Shown here: positions 20,501 to 32,100 of the stretch, piece after piece
Position numbering within the stretch: position 1 is the first letter of the stretch
Layout: the number at the start of each line of letters is the position of its first letter
From: a virus
Length of the DNA stretch: 64,000 nucleotides
Virus record (IMG/VR): IMGVR_UViG_3300017743_000002
Location: 1-64,000 of that record
Strand: one strand, 5' to 3'
Position numbers and translations under genes: made by a program
The notes under the pieces: generated by a model
Database searches by the model: none
Seen by the model: only the letters and a program-made list of their open reading frames with translations
What the model was told of the DNA's origin: nothing

Positions 20501-22260
20501 GCATCATCCGTTAATGCAGTTCTTGGTATATTGAATAATTGTTCACCACTACCACTAAAGAATGAACCACTACTTAAAAATACAGAACCTGTAAAAGTAG
20601 AACCACTTAATTCTGATTCTACAACTAATCCAAAGTTTGGAGAAACTGATGCGGTTACTGAACCACTTCTAATATTATTTGTAATAAGTGCATCTTCAGT
20701 AAGTGCTGATTTTGGTATATCAAATAACTCTGCACCACTACCACTAAATATACTACCACTACTTAATCTTAAACTACCACTAAATGTTGAACCACTAGCT
20801 TCGGATTTTACAACAAATCCATCAGCATCAGAAACCGATGCAGTTACACTACCAGTTGCTAATAAACCAGCTTCAAAAGCAAGAACTGCTTCAACAGCGT
20901 CTTGAGCATCATCTGAAAGTGCTGCTAATGGTACATTAAATAATTTTTCACCACTACCAGAAATAAATGAACCACTACTTAAAAATATTGAACCTGTAAA
21001 TGTAGAACCACTATCTAATGAGTTTACTACAAAACCAGTATCAGGTGATACGGAAGCAGTTACTGAACCACTAATAATTAAATTCGTTTCTAATGCATCT
21101 TCGGTAAGTGCTGAACGAGGAATATCGAAAAGATTAGCACCACTACCACTAAATATACTACCACTATTAAGTTGAACTGCTCCACTTACAAATATTGAAC
21201 CACTAAATTCAGATTTTACTGAACCAGTTGATTCTACCTTAAAAACTCCAGATGGGTCTAAAGATGCGGTTACTGAACCTGTTACGATTCTTGATGAATC
21301 AAATGCATCATCGGTAAGTGCAGTTCTTGGAATGTTAAAAAGATTTTCACCACTACCACTAAATGAAGAACCACTATTTAATTCTATATTTCCACTAACT
21401 AAAAGTGAACCACTTAATTCAGTTGTTACTGAACTACTACCAAATACTCTAAAGAATCCAGAATCATCAACAGATGCACTTACTGAACCAGTTGCTATGA
21501 TTGGAGTAACTAATGCATCAGGTGCTAGTGCTGATTTTGGAATGTTAAATAATCCCTCACCACTACCACTAAAGAATGAACCACTATTTAATTCAATAGT
21601 TCCACTTGCGAATGTAGAACCACTTAATTCAGTTATTCCTACTATTATAGTATCTGATAAAGATGATGTTCCTTCTACACTAAATCCTCCAGTAACATTT
21701 GTATCACCATTTATTTCTAATGAACCAGTAATTCCAACTGAACCTGTAAATTCTTGCTTATCAGTAAGTTCATCACCAAAGATATTTGAACCAGATGAAA
21801 AAATAACTGAAGAGGAAATAATTTCTACAATTAATTCTCTAGCTACAATACGATTATCAACAATTAAATCACCAGTAACTCTTACATCACCATCTACATC
21901 TACATCACCATCAAATGATGATGATACATTTACTAAGAATCCAGTATTTGGTGAAATTGATGCTGATGCAGAACCTGATAATAATCTTACTGCTTCTGGA
22001 AGGTTATTTAATTCAGAACCATCTCCACTAAATGAACCACTAAATGAACCAGTAACTTGCTCTAATTGAAGTGTTGTAACAAATAAACGATTACCATCAG
22101 CATCAGAAGCAACAAGAGCAATAGAACCAGAAGAAAGTGAACCACTCTCAGGTACACCTAAGTTTGGTTCAGCCTCATTCAGCCTTAGATATTCATATCT
22201 ATTCTCCGATACATCGGAGGGCCTTATTACTTTAACCTTTCCGCTTAATAATTGGCTCAT
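11503..22260 (-). CDS. Giant Ser/Gly-rich fibre-like virion protein (3585 aa)
   Basis: About 21 repeats of SGSG/GDGS-x-LFxIP...IxSGSVTASV, three cupredoxin-like modules, three QTASMTVLSASYA repeats, a >1000-aa Gly-X-Y tract and a C-terminal beta domain (FTLVL...VSWP..IQW..G.APTLT...DILVF). Confidence 0.9.
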   Translation of the reverse strand: MSQLLSGKVKVIRPSDVSENRYEYLRLNEAEPNLGVPESGSLSSGSIALVASDADGNRLFVTTLQLEQVTGSFSGSFSGDGSELNNLPEAVRLLSGSASASISPNTGFLVNVSSSFDGDVDVDGDVRVTGDLIVDNRIVARELIVEIISSSVIFSSGSNIFGDELTDKQEFTGSVGITGSLEINGDTNVTGGFSVEGTSSLSDTIIVGITELSGSTFASGTIELNSGSFFSGSGEGLFNIPKSALAPDALVTPIIATGSVSASVDDSGFFRVFGSSSVTTELSGSLLVSGNIELNSGSSFSGSGENLFNIPRTALTDDAFDSSRIVTGSVTASLDPSGVFKVESTGSVKSEFSGSIFVSGAVQLNSGSIFSGSGANLFDIPRSALTEDALETNLIISGSVTASVSPDTGFVVNSLDSGSTFTGSIFLSSGSFISGSGEKLFNVPLAALSDDAQDAVEAVLAFEAGLLATGSVTASVSDADGFVVKSEASGSTFSGSLRLSSGSIFSGSGAELFDIPKSALTEDALITNNIRSGSVTASVSPNFGLVVESELSGSTFTGSVFLSSGSFFSGSGEQLFNIPRTALTDDALISNLISTGSVTASVSTDGFFRVQSTASVTTELSGSVFVSGAVQLNSGSKYSGSGEDLFDIPFSALSNDAQESIEALVSREAVFIGTGSVTASTDDNVFRVTSIDSGSIFSGSVQLSSGSVFSGSGAELFDIPKSALVEDALISNLITTGSVTASVLPDGTFKVFGTGSVKSEFSGSVSITETLDVPKIIADEITGSFSGSFSGDGSDLNNIPQSALSEDAVRIASGSATASISPNLGFVVNTSASIQGDLTIDNDLTVVGRITANEIFTDFISSSIIYSSGSNIFGDNTGSDKQTLFGDTSIFGNLTSSKFISSSGFVGDGSGLFNIPQSALSEDAPLISSGSVTASVSPNFGFVVKSVESGSIFSGSLFVSGNVQLDVSSSFSGSGANLFDIPQSALSEDSPRISSGSATASISPNLGFVVNTSASFDGDIDVSGTVSASIFSGSGESLFNIPRSAITDEAFRIVSGSVTASVHPTRGFEVNSTGRFEDDVTISGSVFISSSNQIKDNLTKIVTVGSTDDGNKYFIDGQIHPDLYLVSGSTYTFDQSDTSNETHPLKFSTTLNGIHSSGTEYTSSVTTGSIDAGSAGSQVSILITSETPTQLYYYCLNHGGMAGSAVINVVNEFPYLDSRIEDNLRIDGTLNVTESITTPKIIADEFSGSFSGSGRDLFDIPLSALSEDVIQRSFIASGSFTASIAPDEGFVVNTSSSLQGDVDILGDTTITGSLVVSSSILLENIPTSRSVIISESRYFIDGVGKATFKTIKDNPYYFDLSDSSNAGFDFKISENLDGTNSDSGSQYFINVVSSSVNPGANGAFLTITPSASAPSQLYYYAAQSESYGNVFNVLGTTPEVTTNILKGDVDVTGSFDVSEKITANKIEADEISGSFSGSFVGDGSQLTNVQADLSPVIASGSATASVESGESFVVTAISGSEFKSSLDVSGSVSIGFLTGSKNLSVTGSVDIAESVSASFFVGDGSQLTNVQAAAAPLISSGSATASVASGDTFVVTAPTGGAVFTGSIVTSGSITVGGGGVFTGDGSGLTNIDIANLSLNVTQLSSGSATASLSETEFKVFNETSSIAVDSSFSGSVIISESLDVGGIITGDGSGITNIDIANLAIDSSKIFTGSVTASVDPLGFFRVENLDSNINSGSVKVEISGSLHVSQSITASLYKGDGGGLFNIPLDALEDLELDRIVSGAAEARVDPTAGLIVNKPISGTLFTGDGGGLFNIPAEALEDLELNLIISGGISASVDNIEGFRVFSPTSGSTFIGNIEIPSGSGFFSGSGEGLFNIPADAIEGLDQSRILSGSVTASVTPDDGFVVRSIDSGSTFFGDVTFQNDVSASKITVTDEIFSPRITSSFVGSYQGENVGIDVPDDLDILVFDADANKFRPVTQFGDTAVFPFSDVTQVTFQHNFAIDYPVVQIYETGSNGQIIPQAIESIDSSSVRVTFSGLTSGQAVIGTGGRLAGFVQGSDVVGSVLSASYARNADLAQTASNLFGFDSASLAEIANLDNYIQNDQTASMTVLSASYAETASFAVNAGDFNTDNFVRTDQTASMTVLSASYALSASYAINAVSAEDYVRNDQTASMTVLSASYAATASFALNAGDFLGENFLPNTGTGSFVGRFEVSGSLVSSGSTQFVGLQTGSSDTVLVIDESTGKVFKRDVTAVSGTSGTGGTSGSSGSSGTTGTAGSSGSSGTSGTAGTSGSSGTAGTSGTAGTSGSSGTGGSSGTSGSSGTAGTSGSSGTSGSSGTSGSSGSSGTSGSSGTSGTSGTSGSSGTSGTSGTSGSSGSSGSSGSSGTSGTAGTSGSTGTSGTSGSSGTSGTSGTAGREGGALFIVRTPGGNNYTIDGYSGNQPSLTLVRGELYYFDVSNVSSSHPFALRLESGDNTTVPGTTNNDAGAGVHSTSTLIEYRVPENAPNNIYYQCSVHGSMLGTINIVDKYGTSGTSGSSGTSGSSGTGGSSGTSGSSGSSGISGSSGTSGTSGSSGSSGSGGTSGSSGSSGSSGSSGTSGTSGSSGTSGTSGSSGSSGSSGSSGTSGSSGSSGTSGQEGSSGSAGTSGSSGTSGSSGSTGTNGTSGTSGTSGTSGAEGSSGSAGTSGTSGTNGTSGSSGTSGSSGTSGTSGTSGTTGTSGTSGTSGSGGSAGTSGTSGTSGTTGSEGTSGTSGTSGSSGTSGSDGTSGSSGTSGTSGTSGSSGTSGSAGTSGTSGSNGTSGSAGTSGTTGTSGTSAEGSSGTAGTSGTSGTTGTSGSAGTSGTSAEGSSGTSGTSGTSGSSGTSGTSGTSGSSGTSAEGSSGTSGTSGTTGTSGTTGTSGSSGTSAEGSSGTSGTSGTNGTSGSSGTSGSAGSSGTSGTSGSSGVDGTFFGSSGSSGTAGSSGTSGLGSDGTSGTTGLDGTFFGSSGTSGTSGTSGSSGSSGTAGSSGTTGTSGIDGENGANGTNGTSGSSGQDGTNFGTAGTSGTSGTTGTSGSSGTTGTSGSSGLDGTNFGTAGTSGTSGAGTSGTSGESGSSGTSGTTGTSGVDGTFFGSSGTAGTSGTSGAGTSGSSGVSGTSGTSGQDGTFFGSAGSSGTTGTGGSSGSSGTSSTAGTSGTTGTSGSSGQDGTFFGSSGTHGTSGTSGSTGTAGTAGTGGSSGTSGTTGTSGIDGTFFGSSGSSGTRGTSGESGTSGVSGTAGSSGTSGQDGTLFGSSGSSGTSGISGSSGTSGESGSAGTSGTSGQDGTLFGSSGSSGTRGTAGSSGSSGTASTAGSSGTAGTSGTSGLDGTLFGSSGSSGTGGTSGSSGTSGITGEGGSSGSSGTAGTSGLDGTLFGSSGTSGTSGTSGSSGETGSSGSSGTSGSSGLLNVDNDAEDRVVTMEGDGTANAEANLTFNGNLLDVTGDLDVSDATFSTRFHENYYDIGNSSGTTNIDLTEGNNFRINRTGSITISLSNAPTGPRAIGFTLVLEDGSGGTATVSWPGIIQWANGAAPTLTANGKDILVFYTYDGGSTYYGFLSANNVS
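11983..15482 (-). repeat. Proline-free Gly-X-Y (GTS/GSS/GTA) tract interrupted by one globular insert (about 14663-14995), 12 DGT[FLN]FG motifs and 4 clustered SAEG motifs
   Basis: Read directly from the translation; motif counts were cross-checked against the antisense shadow ORF. Confidence 0.95.
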
Positions 22261-22283
22261 TTATTTGTGTTCTTAATATATAA

Positions 22284-23144
22284 TTATTCGTTTGCACTTT
22301 CAAGTATCGATAGAATTACCGTTAAATCGGTAGAACCTGATACAATTAGTGAAAATTGTTGTTCTAATACTAATTTACCCGCCACAATCGGTGATAATGA
22401 ATCTCCAGCAGGTATCGTTACATTTGTAATTAAATCAACGGGTTCTTGTTCAACTCTCGTTGGATTTGATATGGTATCAGATATTGCATCAAACAAATTA
22501 ACTGAAGCACTGATTGAACCTGATTCTGCTATTAATGTATTATCAAAAGATTGTGTAACACTATCTTGATATAATCTAGGTATATCAATTGAACCCGTTA
22601 CAGATTCATTAATAAGTATTTGTTGTACTAATAAATTAGCGTAATCTATCGATTGATAAGATGCTGTATAATAATCATTAGGTATTAAGATTTCTCCGTT
22701 CTTATTATAATAAGAAAGAGCTGCTTTTTTACTCTGAAGTGTTCCTCCTTCGATTAAATCCGCCTCAACACCATCCACAGCAGTTCTAACATATCCTTCA
22801 AAGAAAGAAGATGTAAAACTAAATGGAATTTGTGTTAAATTGTTTTGAAAATTTGTGTATGCCGCTGATTCTTTTTCTAAAAATGTTTGATTTTTAGCTA
22901 TAAGTGCGGATGCGCTTAAAAAACTACCCGAATTACTTATTGAATCTACTTGTGGAACTGGCAAATCCCTATTACTTGTTATACTAATAGTAACGGGTTC
23001 ATCTGTAGTTCCAGTATTCGTTATTTGAGCAGATAATAAAATAGTAGAAACTCCTTTTGGAGCTGAATATACTACATCATCATCACCTGTCAAAGTGGTA
23101 AGTACGGATTTAAATGCGTTTAGTGGTATTAATTCTTCTGCCAT
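22284..23144 (-). CDS. Virion structural protein: 110-aa family scaffold with an inserted helical (globin-like) repeat
   Basis: Ends resemble 9380..9712. The middle (LIAKNQTFLEKESAAY...VDGVEADLIEGG...SYY...SIDYA) resembles the CxRD repeats of 23187..40982. Confidence 0.75.
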   Translation of the reverse strand: MAEELIPLNAFKSVLTTLTGDDDVVYSAPKGVSTILLSAQITNTGTTDEPVTISITSNRDLPVPQVDSISNSGSFLSASALIAKNQTFLEKESAAYTNFQNNLTQIPFSFTSSFFEGYVRTAVDGVEADLIEGGTLQSKKAALSYYNKNGEILIPNDYYTASYQSIDYANLLVQQILINESVTGSIDIPRLYQDSVTQSFDNTLIAESGSISASVNLFDAISDTISNPTRVEQEPVDLITNVTIPAGDSLSPIVAGKLVLEQQFSLIVSGSTDLTVILSILESANE

Positions 23145-23150
23145 ATCCTA

Positions 23151-23158
23151 TATAAATA
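23151..23158 (-). promoter_or_regulatory. Candidate late promoter TATTTATA
   Basis: Intergenic, only 6 nt upstream of ATG 23144 (near-leaderless). Confidence 0.55.
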
Positions 23159-23186
23159 TTTCTTTTATTTTTATTCACTTTTTTTA

Positions 23187-26100
23187 TTAATCCTGCAGTG
23201 CTAATGAGAATGGTGTTACAAGTGAGAATAACGATTTAGAGAATGTTCTACCCTCTAATGTACCAGAAGCTTGTTTAATAACAAGACCTCCACCAATTCT
23301 AAAGTCACCAAGTTCGTTACCAGAAGTAAAGAATACTCTACCTCCACCAATTTCAGTAATTTCCTTATCAGGATCAGGTACACCATCACCACCTTGGTTA
23401 GGAGGTAATGCTTTATAAGTTACACCAGCACCAGCGTAAGAGAAATCATGTCCAGTTGTAATAATTAAAGAACCAAACTCTTCAACAGGCGCTTGTCTAG
23501 CAGCGAATTGGAATTGAGTTCTTAAATATCTATTAGTTTCTGCAGTTTCTTTCTTTTGTTCGTTAATAACAACAGCTGCACTTCCATACACTCCATTGTA
23601 ATACGATTCAGCCGCTCTGATACTTCTCTCATTACCACCATAGATGATATCAGTTGCGATAGCATCTAAAATAAATCCAGTATCTCTATAACATTTTTCT
23701 TCATTGTAATCAAAAGTAGGGAATGCCGCATTTGTGTACGATATTGCCTTACCTTGTAATACTTTTTTCTCCGCTCTAAGTGCATTAGCTCCATTTTTAT
23801 TTAATAAGAATGGGAATACTAATTGTTGTTGTTTGATTATCTTTTCAGCCAACCCTTTTGAGAAATCAATACCATCAGTTGTTTGTGGTTTTTGTTCCGT
23901 AGTTGCGATTGAAGGAATATAGTAGTAGAATGTACCTGCTTGTACTGCTCTAGCATTACCACCATATGTTAAATCAGTTGCTACTGCATCTATGATGTAT
24001 CCTAAATCTCTACTACAACTAACTTCGTTGTATTCAAACTCACTCCAAGACGAACTTAGATAAGCGATTGTTTCTTTTTGTATAAATGTTGTGTTATCTC
24101 TTAATAACTGAACACCATTTTTAATTTCAGCTGATGGATTTATGTATTCTAAGTTTTGAACTACATTTTGTGAAGTTCCATTAGCAAATCTAATTCCATC
24201 AATTGTTGGGTCTAACTGATTAGCTTCTGATGGAGTACCACCCTTAGTTGCTCTTGATGGGTATCTCCAATAGTATAATCCAGCTACTCTACTTCTTTCA
24301 TTTCCACCGTAAACTAAATCAGTTACAGCTGCATCAATTATATATCCAGTATCTCTTCTACATTTATCTTCGTTGTAAGTTACATTACTCCAAGAAGATG
24401 ATATAAATTCGATAGTTTCATTTTGTACGAAACTTCTATTGTTTCTTAGTAATTCAGCCGATGCAGATACTTCAGATGTTGGTGAAACGAATATTGTATT
24501 TTCTAATACTTTTTCAGCCAATCTAGCAGAGTAGTTAATTCCATCAATTGTTTGATTTAATTGTCCGTTTGGATTAGTTTGGTAATTAACAGTTGCATCT
24601 GATGGGTATAAGTAATAGTACTCACCATTTACTCTACCTCTTTCATTTCCACCATATAAGAAATCCGTTGCTACACCATTTAAGATATATCCAGTATCTC
24701 TCTTACATTTATCTTCATTGTAATCAAATGTACTCCAAGAAGATGAGATGTAAGCGATTACTTCATTCTGAATAAATTCTTTATTATCTAAAAGAACTTT
24801 ATTTCCAGCTAATCTCTCAGCCGATGCCGTTACGAATATTTCGTTTTGTACTAATTTACTTGCCACATCACCCGCGTACTTAATACCCGTTGTAGTTGGT
24901 TCTAATTGAGTTGATGTTGCTGATGAAGGATATTTGTAGTAGTATTCTCCTGCAATCTTACTTCTTTGGTTACCACCATAAAGTAAATCAGTAGATACTG
25001 CATCTAAAATATGTCCAACATCTCTCATACAAGTTGCTTCTACATAATCAAACCCTTCCCAAGAAGAACTTAGGTAAGAAATTGATTCAGATTGAATAAA
25101 CTCTCTATTATTTCTAATTAATTCAACTGATGCTGATATTTGAGCTGATGGGAAATCAAATGTTACACCTTTAACGATTTGTTCAGTTAATTGTGATGCG
25201 TAATTGATACCATCAATAGTTTGTTGAGCTTGAGAACCAGTTCCATTAGCTTCAGATGGGAATTGATAGTAGAACTTAGCGTTTACTACTGATTGAGATA
25301 CGATTCCATATCTTAAATCTTCTGCTACACCATTTACAATAAATCCAACATCTCTTCTACACTTAACATCATCATAATCAAATCCTATCCACGAAGAAGA
25401 AATATATTCTACAACTTCATTTTGTATAAATGGTACACTTTCAGTAATCAATCCATATGTAGTTAGAATATCAGAACCAGTTAATAATGAACCATATTCA
25501 AATGCAGGTTGAACAACACTTACTGAATTTTGCTCAGTTCTAACAAATGTGTGAACTGATTGTGGTAAATGTTTAATTGCTCCATTTGATGCTGATACGA
25601 ATGTGTGAACTGATTGAGGTAGATGTTTTACAGCGTTTGTTGATGCAGATACAAATGTGTGTACCGAACCAGAAGCACTTCCACCATCTCCTACATTTAT
25701 TGTAAATGTACCAGTTTGTCTTTCTAATCCATCATTTGTAGCCGATACAAATGTATGTGTGTTTGTATATGAGGAAGAACCTATGTTTATATCAAACGTA
25801 TTTGTAGTTACATTAGAAATTTCTAACCATCTTCCATTTGGATAATCTATTCCAGCTCTTGGATATGATTTTTCAACAGTATCACCATCCAATACACAAG
25901 TATAAGTTAGAGAATTATTATCTAATTTGATATAATCACCATTACTAAAATTATGATTAGCTATTGTTATAGTAACATCACCAGTTGATGCGTTATAAGG
26001 AGCATCAGTTACAGTATGTGATGTAGTTCCAACTGAAGTAATAACTATTGATTGTTCAGCGTATGGGTCAGAACCACTTCTTGGATAAGAATGAACAGAT

Positions 26101-29100
26101 GTATCACCATCTTGGTCACAAGTAAATGCGAATGATTCATTTTCTAATACTACACTTCTACCAACACCTATACCATGCTGTCCAACAGTTACAATCATAT
26201 CACCACTTAATGCGTTGTAATCAACATCCGATGGTGTAAAGAATTTATTTGGACCCGAAATACCAACATTTACAGTCATTGTAGTATCAGTAATATCCGT
26301 TATCTTCATTGAACGTCCAGCGAATGGGTCAATACCAACTCTTGGATATGATTTAACTGATTGATTATTATCCATATCACAAGTGAAAGCAAATGATTCA
26401 ATATCTAAAATGATACCTTCACCAATACTTAAACTATGACTTTCAACAGTCATTACGAATTCACCCGTTGCTGGGTCATAAGATGCAGTTGTTGGATTAA
26501 ATTCTACATTAGGTCCAGACGCTCCTACGTTAACAGTTATAGTATTATTGGTTTTTGAAAGAATTTCTAATTCATTATTGTAAGCAGGTTGTCCAACTGA
26601 AGGTAATTTATCTTCAGTTTTGTTGTTATCCATATCACAAGTAAATGTGAACGATTCAGGTGATAAGTATATACCCTCACCCTCAGTATAAGAATGACTT
26701 TCAATTGTTAATACAAACTCACCATTTGATGGGTCATAAGTTGCGTTAGTTGGAGTTGAATCTGCTTTTCCATTAGCTATTGCATCTGATACAATTGCGA
26801 ATGAAGATGAAATTGTGTTAAAAATAGTAACATCAGTTATACTACTACCAGTTGCTGGTGAGAATGAAGTTACTTTAATTCCATTATCAGTATTCAAACT
26901 TCCTGTTTGAACAAATAATGTTTCTTTGTTAACTAATTTTTCAATTAAATCTTTAGTATAGATTAATGCATCAGTAGTTTCATCTAATTGATTACCAGTT
27001 GCTTCAGATGGGAATCTATAATAGAATTCACCAGCAGTTAATGCTCTTTGGTTTCCACCATATCTTAAATCAGTAGCAACAGCATCAATTATGAATCCAG
27101 TATCTCTACTACAACTTAATTCATTGTATTCAAAGTTTGGATATTTAGCGTTTACGAATGCTACAGTTTCAGCTTGTAAGAATTCTCTATTTTCTCTAAT
27201 TGTATCATAAACAAATTCAACTTCATTTGATGCAGTTTGGAAAACAGCTCCACTTACTATTTCAGTTACTATATTTTGTACATAATCAATAGCAGTTACA
27301 GTTGGGTCTTTTTGTCTATTTTCATTTGGTACACCACCACTAATAGCTGCTGATGGGAATCTGTAATAATAATCTCCAGCATTCACACTTCTTTCATTTC
27401 CACCATATAATAAATCAGTAGAAACTGCATCTATAATATGAGTAATATCTCTTTTACAAGTTATTTCATTATAAGTAAATCCATCCCACGAAGATGATAA
27501 GAATTCAATTGTTTCATTTTGAATAAATTCTCTATTATTTCTAATCAATTCATAAGAACCACTAACTACTGCGGATGCAGTTTGGAACGTATATCCTCTT
27601 ACAATACTTTCTGCTAATCTACCAGCATAATTAATACCATCTAAAGTTTGTTGTAATTGTGCACCTTGTGCCTGAGATGGGAAATCATAGTAGAATTTAC
27701 CATTGAATATAGATGCAGAATTTGCGTTATACAACATATCTTCAGCTGCCCCACTTATAATTCCTCCTATATCTCTACTACACTTACTTTCATCATATGA
27801 TGCAGTTGACCAAGAAGATGATAAATAAGCAATTGATTCACTTTGAATAAATCCAATATTTTCTTTTAATAAGTTATATGCTGCAATTGTTGTTGGTGAT
27901 TCTGATGGAGCTCCATACTCAACAACAGTTGGTAATGAACCAGTTCCATTTTTAACAATATTAGTTACAATTGCAATTGATGATGAAATTAATCTTTGTT
28001 GTAATCTATCTCCAAATGATTCAGATGTAAATTGAACTGCGTCAGTAACTTTAATTAAGTTATCAACATCAGAGTTATTTTTAACAACGTTTGGTTTAAC
28101 ACCCAATCCATTTTGTAATATATTTTCAATTATACCAACTGATGTATTTACTTTATTAATTTCAATTGATGAACCTACAATAGAAGAAGTAAACTGATTT
28201 GCTGAAGTTACTTTAATATTGTTTTCAGCATTAGTTACTAATTTTGGTAAAATACTTATTGAGTTATTTTCAGTTCTAACAAAAGTATGACCTGCCTGAG
28301 GTAAATGTTTAACTGCTCCTTTAGATGCAGATACAAATGTATGTAATGATTGAGGTTCATGTTTAACAGCGTTTGCTGAAGCTGATACGAATGTATGTAA
28401 TGAACCTGAAGCGCTTCCACCATCACCTACATTTATTGTAAATGTACCAGTTTGTCTCTCAATACCATTTGCTGCAGCTGATATAAATTTGTGTTCTCCT
28501 ATATATGATGATGCACCAATATTAATATTAAATGTATTCGTAGTTACATTAGAAATTTCTAGCCATCTTCCAGATGGGTAATCATAAGCAGGTCTTGGAT
28601 ATGATTTAGTAGTTGTATTATCATCTAATACACAAGTATAAGTTAATGCGTTATCAGCAACTTTAACATAATCACCATTACTAAATCCGTGATTGGCGAT
28701 TGTTAGTGTTACTACACCTGTTACTGAGTTGTATGGAGCGTTTGTTGGAGTATGCGATGTTGTACCTACCGAAGTAATCACAATTGATTGTTCAGCGTAT
28801 GGGTCAGAACCACTTCTTGGATAAGAGTGAGTTGTAGCATCTCCATCTTGGTCACAAGTGAACGCAAAAGATTCATTTTCTAATACTACACTTCTTCCTA
28901 CTCCTAAACCAAATGATTCAGTAACAGTTAGAGTCATATCACCACTTAAAGCATCATATGATGCAGTAGTTGGTGTAAAGTATTTATTAGGACCTGATAT
29001 ACCTACATTTACCGTCATTGTATTTGAAGTTACCGAAGTAAGTTTCATTGAACGTCCAGCGAATGGGTCAATTCCAAATCTAGGATAAGATTTAGTTGAT

Positions 29101-32100
29101 TGGTTGTTATCCATATCACAAGTAAATGCAAATGAACCAGTACTTAATACTATACCTTCTCCAACACTTAATGTGTGAGTTCCAGTTGTAATTACGAAAT
29201 CACCATTAGCAGGGTCATAAGTTGCATTAGTTGGAGTCCATTCAATATCAGGATCCGATGCTCCTACATTTACAGTTATAGTATCAGTAGTTTTTGCTGT
29301 TATCTCTAATTTATTAGTATAAGCAGGTTGTCCAACTGAAGGTAATTTGTGTTCAGTTCTGTTCCCATCCATCGTACAAGTAAATGTAAACGATTCTGGT
29401 CTTATATAAATTTCATCTCCAATATCCAAAGTATGATTTGGAATAGTAACTACAAAGTTTCCATTTGATGGGTCATAAGTTGCTGTTGTTGGAGTAAATG
29501 AACCTGTACCATTTTCTATGATATTAATAATTTCTCCAAATGATGAACTTACAATACCAAATTCAGTATCAGTTACATAAGTACCACTAGCAGTTACATA
29601 AGAACCAGTTGTTAGTTGTTGTGGAGTATCTAATGTATCATCAAACCACTTAGCTAATGCAAATGGTGTATCATCGGTTCCGAATCTAATAATATCATTA
29701 ATAAACCCTACACTACGAGTTACAAATGCTGATTCAACTTCACTACCACTTAGTGAAGAAGTAAATTGAGATGTATCATTAATTTTAATTAATCCTTCAA
29801 TATTTTCAGTTAATATAGGTAAAGTACTTACTGAATCTCGTTGAGTTCTAATAAATGTATGAGCTGATTGAGGTAAATGTTTCAATGCCCCATTGGAAGC
29901 TGATACAAAAGTATGAACTGATTGAGGTTCATGTTTAACTGCTCTATTGGATGCTGATACGAATGTATGTAATGAACCAGAAGCACTTCCACCATCTCCT
30001 ACATTAATTGTAAACGTTCCATCTTGTCTCTTCAATCCATTAGTAGTTGCTGATACAAATGTATGTGAACCTACATATGGTGAAGAACCTATATTGATAT
30101 CAAATGTGTTAGTTGTTACATTTGAAATTTCTAACCATCTTCCACTTGGATAATCGTAATTAGGTCTTGGGTAAGATTTTGTAGTTATATTTTTATCTAA
30201 TACACAAGTATAAGTTAGAGAATTATCATCTAATTTTATGTAATCTCCATTATTGAAATTGTGGTTAGCTATTGTAATAGTTACATCACCAGTTGCAGAA
30301 TCATATGGTGCATCGGTTACACTATGAGAAGTAGTTCCAACTGAAGTGATTTTTATTGATTGCTCAGCGTATGGGTCAGAACCACTTCTTGGATAAGAAT
30401 GAGTAGTTACGTTACTATCCATATCACAAGTGAATGCAAATGATTCGTTTTCTAACACCACACTTCTACCAACACCCAATCCGAATGATTCAGTAACAGT
30501 TAGAGTCATATCTCCACTTAGAGAATTGTAAGAAGCAGATACAGGTGTGAAATATTTATTCGGACCTGATACTCCTACATTAAATGTCATTGTAGTATCA
30601 GTTACAGCCGTAAGAGGAAGTGAACGTACTGAATACGGGTCAATACCAACTCTTGGGTAGGATTTAACTGATTGGTCGTTATCCATATCACAAGTAAATG
30701 CGAATGATTCAGGTGACATTACTACACCTTCACCAATACTTAAACTATGACTTGCTACAGTTACAACAAATTCCCCAGTTAATGGGTCATAAGATGCAGT
30801 TGATGGATTGTATTCTACATTTGGACCCGATTTACCAACGTTTACAGTTATAGTATCTGATGTTGTTGATTTAATTGTTAATCTATTATCATAAGCAGGT
30901 TGTCCAATTGATGGAAGTTTGTGCTCAGTTCTATTTCCATCCATATCACAAGTGAATACAAATGATTCAGGTTTTAGATAGATACTATCACCACTATGTA
31001 AATTATGTTTAGGTACAGTCATTAAGAAATCACCATTAGCAGGGTCATAAGTTGCTGTTTTAGGTGTGAATGATTCAATACCTGTTTTTATAATTCCAGT
31101 TACAATATCATATGATTCACTAACTTCAGTTTGATATGAACCACTCAATGCAATTGATGAAGATACTGAATTAAATGATGTTACTTTTATATTTCCATCA
31201 CTATTAGAAACTTTAGATGGAGTTTTAGTTATTAATTGAGATAAAACACTTATTGAGTTATTTTGAGTTCTAACAAAAGTATGACCTGCCTGAGGTAGGT
31301 GTTTTACTGCTCCATTAGAAGCTGATACAAAAGTATGAACTGATTGTGGTAAATGTTTTACAGCGTTTATTGATGCTGATACAAATGTATGTATTGAGCC
31401 ACTTGCACTTCCACCATCTCCAACGTTTATTGTAAATGTTCCAGTTTGTCTTTCTAAACCATTTGTTGTAGCTGATACAAAAGTATGAGCTGATGTGTAA
31501 GATGATGAACCAATGTTAATATCGAAAGTATTAGTTGTTACATTAGAAATTTCTAACCATCTTCCAGATGGGTAATCATAACCAGGTCTTGGATATGATT
31601 TCTCAACACTATTACCATCTAATATACAAGTATAGGTTAGAGAATTATCAGAAAGTTTGATATAATCTCCATTACTAAATCCATGTCCTGTGATTGTTAT
31701 AGTAACATCACCAGTAGATGCATCATAAGGTGCATTAGTTATAGTATGGGATGTAGTTCCAACTGAATTTATTACAATTGATTGTTCCGCATATGGGTCT
31801 GAACCTAATCTTGGGTAAGAGTGAACAGATGTATCACCATCTTGGTCACAAGTGAAAGCAAAAGATTCGTTTTCTAATACTACACTTCTTCCTACTCCTA
31901 ATCCGTGCTGTCCAACAGTTACAACCATATCACCACTCAATGCGTTGTAATCAACATCAGTTGGTGTAAATAATTTATTCGGAGCCGATACTCCAACATT
32001 AACAGTCATTGTTGTATCAGTAACATCAGTTATAATCATTGAACGACCTGCAAATGGGTCTATTCCAAATCGAGGGTAAGATTTAACAGATTGGTTATTG

